A DNA stretch of 64,000 bases, taken from NCBI GenBank assembly GCA_963832745.1, contig CAWHVC010000001.1:160001-224000 (forward strand), in the 5' to 3' direction. The notes below the pieces were generated by a model. The model searched no databases. It saw only the letters and a program-made list of their open reading frames with translations, and was not told where the DNA came from. Each line of letters opens with the position of its first letter. The first letter of the stretch is position 1. Positions 59,597 through 64,000 of the stretch are shown piece after piece. Origin of the DNA: Candidatus Bathyarchaeota archaeon (GTDB lineage: Archaea; Thermoproteota; Bathyarchaeia; Bathyarchaeales; Bathycorpusculaceae). The position numbers and the translations under genes are program-made.

Positions 59597-60013
59597 ATGT
59601 CTGATTTTAAAATCGTGAACAAACAAATCACCTTCAACACAGAGGGGCCCATAAGTTTTATCGATTTAAGCAACCAAATAAACAAGGCAACTGCAGAATC
59701 AAAAATCCGCAACGGCTTGGTCCACGTATTTGCACCTCACGCAACAGGCATCCTCATCCTAACAGAAAACGACCCTGCCCTGCTTGAAGACATAAAAGCA
59801 CTTCTGGAATATTTGGCGCCAAAAAACGCTGACTACTCGCACCCCTCAAATGCTCATGCTCACTTGCGGTCGGTGCTTATGCCGCCTGACAGGACCTTGC
59901 CGGTGATTGATGGCAAAGTGGCTTTTGGGACTTGGCAATCCTTGATGTTTGTGGAAACCGACGTCTACCCACGTCGACGCACCGTAACTATCCAAATTCT
60001 TGGCGAGCAATGA
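59597..60013 (+). CDS. yjbQ: YjbQ/UPF0047 family protein (secondary thiamine-phosphate synthase)
   Basis: PHATG...ENDP, YSHPSNAHAHLRS, FGTWQ...ETD..PRRR. Confidence 0.9.
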   Translation: MSDFKIVNKQITFNTEGPISFIDLSNQINKATAESKIRNGLVHVFAPHATGILILTENDPALLEDIKALLEYLAPKNADYSHPSNAHAHLRSVLMPPDRTLPVIDGKVAFGTWQSLMFVETDVYPRRRTVTIQILGEQ

Positions 60014-60422
60014 CTCAAAATTTTTGGCCATTTTTCACCCATATTTTTGTTTCTTCGGGAATTTTGAAAAAATTCGAAGTTAACGTCATGAAATTTTATT
60101 CAATAGCCTCAAAATAAGCAACTTGAACTTCGTTAATTTAACTGTTTATTGTAAAAAATGTCCATTCGAACATTTTTCGCACACAAGAAAAAAGGTAAAG
60201 ATGTCGCCTGTAGCATAATTGCTCGAAAACAGCACTCGACGCAAAGTTTTGGACCTAAAAAAGAGGCAAAAAGCAACAATCCTTGAAAGTTTAACGCCTG
60301 TTAAAAGCGTTTTTGAAGCTTTATTCAGCAAGTAAATAATTTGAAGCTAAATTTTTCTTTCAGAATAGCTTTTTTCAGGCATGATTATATAAGGTTCGCA
60401 GCACTTCGAAAAAATTGGGTGT

Positions 60423-61157
60423 TTACCCGCCAGTTGCTACCTGTCTTCTTGCGTCTCTGGGTCGTAACCGCGCCTTTTTCTTATCTGCTGCACGAGCTTC
60501 TGGTCTCTCCTCAAGCTCATCAACAACAGGTTCATCTAATGGTAAAGTTTCTTCAGGTTCAGGGAAATTTACAACCGTCGCTTGTTCCACACCCGCTTTA
60601 ACCATTGAATCCACTGCCCTATCTGTGTCGCCTGCGTGAACGTTAATACCTCGGATTGCATCCATCAGCACGACGGTTTCAAAACCAAGTTTTCTTGCAT
60701 CAAGAACACTATTAACAATACAGTAATCGGTTGCGAGACCGCCAATAAAAAAACGTTTTACGCCGAGCTTGTACAGTTCATTTGCAAGTTCGGTTCCATC
60801 AAAAGCAGAATAAGCTTCATGGTCGGGCCGAGTTGCCTTGGATATGATATGTGTGTTTTTGGGAAGCTTGAGGTCGGGGTGAAACTTTGCTCCTTCAGTT
60901 TCTTGAACACAGTGGGGTGGCCAGGGTCCGCCTTGAGTTTTAAAGGATACGTGGTTTGCTGGATGCCAATCTCTTGAAGCAAAAATATTGGCGCCTGATT
61001 CTTGAAATTTACGTGCGTACACGTTAAGCACGGGAATTACTTGTGCTCCTTGAGGAACTGGCAACGCGCCGCCTGGAAGAAAATCGTTTTGAACGTCAGT
61101 TACAAGTAGCGCATCTGATTTGTTTAGTGTGTAAGTTTTTGACAAAACAGCATTCAC
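60423..61157 (-). CDS. pncA: Nicotinamidase/pyrazinamidase
   Basis: DVQNDFLPGGAL, SRDWHP..H.SF, WPPHCVQ, EAYSAF, GLATDYC. Confidence 0.92.
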   Translation of the reverse strand: MNAVLSKTYTLNKSDALLVTDVQNDFLPGGALPVPQGAQVIPVLNVYARKFQESGANIFASRDWHPANHVSFKTQGGPWPPHCVQETEGAKFHPDLKLPKNTHIISKATRPDHEAYSAFDGTELANELYKLGVKRFFIGGLATDYCIVNSVLDARKLGFETVVLMDAIRGINVHAGDTDRAVDSMVKAGVEQATVVNFPEPEETLPLDEPVVDELEERPEARAADKKKARLRPRDARRQVATGG

Positions 61158-61312
61158 CCTAAAATCTTTGCTAAAAATAATATAACTGCTGCTTCGGAAT
61201 AAACTTTGCCGCTAAAGCGCGATAAGTTGGTTACTAAACCGTTTTTGGGTAATGTTTTTAGTTATCAGAAAGTCGATGGATAACCTTATCTTGTAAAATT
61301 CAACACATATAG

Positions 61313-62854
61313 ATGGCGTCTAACATGCAAGCAAAAAGCCTTAAAGCTTCAATTTCCAGCCGAGAAATGAGGGCCACTGAAACAAACTCGGAGTACTACG
61401 GAATAAGCCTGCTTCAACTTATGGAAAACGCTGGAAGAAACATTGCCGAAGAAATCCAGAAACGTTTTTCAAATGACCTGAAGGTGGCACTCTTTTGCGG
61501 ACTTGGCGGAAATGGTGGAGATGGTTTTGTTGCTGCACGACACCTTTTGGCGCAAGGCTACCAAGTCACGATTGTTTTGGCGGGAAAAAGCCGAGAAATA
61601 AATCATCCATCGGCGCTTCAAAATTGGAATGCCCTTAAACCAGTCATTGATCGCATCTGTGTACTGGAGATTTCTGACAGCTCCATGATTCCTACGGTTG
61701 AATCGGATGTAGTTGTTGATGCCTTGTTAGGCACGGGAACTAAAGGGAAACTGAAAGCGCCAATACTACAGATGGTTGATTGCATCAATTCTTCTAAAGC
61801 GTTTAAAATCGCGGTTGATGTTCCAACTGGGATAGATTCTGATAACGGCGACGTTTTAGGTACCGCTGTAAAAGCTGATTTAACAGTCACTTTCTACAAG
61901 TCCAAGGCTGGCTTGGATAAAGCCAAAAAGTATGTCGGCGTTTTAGTAGTTCGAGATATTGGGTTGCCTATGGCGTTTGAACGGTTTGCGGGTCCAGGCG
62001 ACGTGAATTTAGCTGGAAAACAACGGTTTTCAACAGCGCATAAAGGCGATTTTGGGCGTTTGCTGGTTGTTGGTGGAAGCAAGGTTTTCTCGGGTGCACC
62101 CACGCTTGTTTCCATGGCTGCTTTGCGGACAGGCATTGATATTGCTTACACGGCTTCTCCGGAGAAAACGGCTTATGAAATCTCTTCAATGTCACCAGAT
62201 TTAATTGCGATTAAGCTTTCAGGAAGTAACCTTAGCCCTGACAATTTGGTTGAGTTGGCGCCTTATTTGGCGTCTGTTGATGCGGTTGCGATGGGTCCCG
62301 GGTTGGGTTTGAACGGTGAAACCACTGAATTCGTCAAAATGTTTGTTGATGAGGTTGAGAAGGCTGGTAAACCGCTGCTTTTGGATGCTGACGGCTTGAA
62401 GGCGTTTGCCAAATGTAAGCGTCCGTTAAAGGTCCCATTGGTGCTTACGCCTCACGCAGGCGAATACTCGATTCTTACAGCCGAAAAGCTTCCAGAAGAT
62501 CTTGAAGGCAAAATAGAAATAATTCAAAAAACCGCCAAAGAGTTAAACGCGGTCTTGCTTGTTAAAGGTAAAGTCGACATTATCTGCAGCCCACGCAAGG
62601 TCAAACTGAATTTTACGGGCAATGCTGGCATGACTGTCGGCGGAACAGGCGACGTGCTTTCAGGGATAGTGGGTGGATTGTTGGCGCAGAAGACGGACAT
62701 GTTTGAGGCTGCGGTTGCTGGCGCCTTTGTAAATGGCGCTTGTGGCGATTTTGTCGCTTCTGAAATCGGTTTTCACATGGTTGCTTCGGATATTTTAGAT
62801 TGGATTCCCCGAGTGTTTGTTGATCCTATGAGTCATTTGAAGGTGCGCGTGTAA
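61313..62854 (+). CDS. nnr: Bifunctional NAD(P)H-hydrate epimerase/dehydratase (YjeF_N + YjeF_C)
   Basis: LMENAG, GGNGGDG, DALLGTG, VDVPTG; then HKGDFG, MGPGLG, DADGL, TPHAGE, GGTGDVL. Confidence 0.94.
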   Translation: MASNMQAKSLKASISSREMRATETNSEYYGISLLQLMENAGRNIAEEIQKRFSNDLKVALFCGLGGNGGDGFVAARHLLAQGYQVTIVLAGKSREINHPSALQNWNALKPVIDRICVLEISDSSMIPTVESDVVVDALLGTGTKGKLKAPILQMVDCINSSKAFKIAVDVPTGIDSDNGDVLGTAVKADLTVTFYKSKAGLDKAKKYVGVLVVRDIGLPMAFERFAGPGDVNLAGKQRFSTAHKGDFGRLLVVGGSKVFSGAPTLVSMAALRTGIDIAYTASPEKTAYEISSMSPDLIAIKLSGSNLSPDNLVELAPYLASVDAVAMGPGLGLNGETTEFVKMFVDEVEKAGKPLLLDADGLKAFAKCKRPLKVPLVLTPHAGEYSILTAEKLPEDLEGKIEIIQKTAKELNAVLLVKGKVDIICSPRKVKLNFTGNAGMTVGGTGDVLSGIVGGLLAQKTDMFEAAVAGAFVNGACGDFVASEIGFHMVASDILDWIPRVFVDPMSHLKVRV

Positions 62855-63436
62855 GTGGAAACTGACGGTGAAGCCCCAAGCCAAAATTTTCCTGTTCGAA
62901 TCACCATTTACCATGCTGCACAGGACGATCCCAAAAAGAACACCGCCCTCCGACTGGGCCGCAGGGGATTCGCACGTATCGTAACAAAAATCAAGTTCCT
63001 GCCAAAACGAGCCATTGTACTTAACCCTTTCAGCGAAATCGCCCTCTCGCCAGCAGACAGGGAACGGGTTGAGCAGTTCGGCGTCGTTGCATTGGACTGC
63101 AGCTGGGAGCACGCTCAGAAAGTCATGGGCGAACACGTACGTGGAACAAGCCGCACGCTACCGATTCTAATTGCAGGTAACCCTGTCAACTATGGAAAAC
63201 TGACAAAACTATCCACGGCTGAAGCTATCGCGGCAACACTCTACATAACAGGCTTCATAGATGAAGCAAAAGCTATGCTTGACATTTTCACGTGGGGCCA
63301 TACATTCCTTGAATTAAACCAGAATTTGCTTGATAACTACGTGACCGCAAAGGATAGCACCGAGATCGTGGAGATGCAGAAGCGGCTGCTAAAACCCGAA
63401 AAACGTGAACCATCTAAAGGCATCGAATGGGGCTAA
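62855..63436 (+). CDS. tsr3: SSU rRNA aminocarboxypropyltransferase Tsr3 (DUF367)
   Basis: QDDPKKNT, LSPAD, LDCSW, LPILIAGNPVNYGK..KLSTAEA, FTWGHTFLELN. Confidence 0.93.
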   Translation: METDGEAPSQNFPVRITIYHAAQDDPKKNTALRLGRRGFARIVTKIKFLPKRAIVLNPFSEIALSPADRERVEQFGVVALDCSWEHAQKVMGEHVRGTSRTLPILIAGNPVNYGKLTKLSTAEAIAATLYITGFIDEAKAMLDIFTWGHTFLELNQNLLDNYVTAKDSTEIVEMQKRLLKPEKREPSKGIEWG

Positions 63437-63443
63437 GCATGAC

Positions 63444-64000
63444 GTGGCGTTCATCACGGATTTTCCATTATTCCTATCGTCCGTACTTCTGATTTCACTC
63501 TCGGGAGTTCTAATGCCTGGACCATTGTTTGCCGTTACGCTTAAACGAGCGGAGAAAAGCAAGTATTCTGGACTGCTTATCGCGCTTGGTCACGGCTTAA
63601 TTGAGTTCCCATTGATGTTTCTGATTTACTTTGTGTTTAGCATGTATGAGCTCCCCAGCTTTGTTCAAGTGGTTGTTGGCTTATGCGGCGGCGCCATGAT
63701 GGTTTTCATGGGTTTACAGATGTATCGAAGCCGAAGCAGACACGAATTTGCAATGGTTAGCCCCATGAGAGATACGATTGTAGCGGGCGCTTACACTACG
63801 GCAATTAACGCGGGGTTCATCTTGTGGTGGTTAACAATAGGAACAGCTTTAGTGCTTAATGCACAAATCTTTGGATTTTTAGGCTTCACAATTTTTGCGG
63901 GCGTTCACTGGTTCACCGACTTAGCGTGGTACACAATCGCTGCCTTTGCTATTTTCAAGTCTCAACGCTTCTGGAATGATAAAGTACGATTAGCTATCAC
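63444..64000 (+). CDS. LysE family translocator, truncated by the window end
   Basis: From GTG 63444: ...LISLSGVLMPGPLFAVTL...GLLIALGHGLIE...; runs past the window edge, so it is absent from the ORF track. Confidence 0.85.
   Translation, partial: MAFITDFPLFLSSVLLISLSGVLMPGPLFAVTLKRAEKSKYSGLLIALGHGLIEFPLMFLIYFVFSMYELPSFVQVVVGLCGGAMMVFMGLQMYRSRSRHEFAMVSPMRDTIVAGAYTTAINAGFILWWLTIGTALVLNAQIFGFLGFTIFAGVHWFTDLAWYTIAAFAIFKSQRFWNDKVRLAI

Overview
Archaeal chromosomal window. Informational markers include aIF-1A, aIF-2beta, RIO1, Dim2/KH, Tsr3, Hjc, eL38, DUF373 and DUF424. The many secreted NosD/beta-helix, Kelch, PQQ-propeller and PKD proteins with C-terminal anchors suggest Bathyarchaeia (inference). 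About 60 genes are supported. Positions 1-8.5 kb look like an accessory island: two decayed genes, a beta-helix surface protein and a bacterial-type sulfatase with its radical-SAM maturase. These blocks are separated by three degenerate copies of a tRNA 3' end, like att scars delimiting cassettes. The rest is mostly housekeeping (apt, mtnP, ychF, uppS, sdhAB-aspA, msrA, mobA, pncA, nnr, tsr3) mixed with surface proteins. The main unexplained signal is an intergenic 25-bp motif, GTGTTTGGGTGATGCTTTTGTATAC, in six clear copies. Five of them, plus a degenerate two-armed copy, cluster in 51.7-59.5 kb just downstream of a wHTH + MinD/ParA gene pair. Other signals are kb-scale alternating A/C versus G/T strand skew and several candidate structured RNAs. 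No intact tRNA, rRNA, CRISPR array, integrase or transposase was seen. All calls come from reading motifs by eye; no database searches were run.
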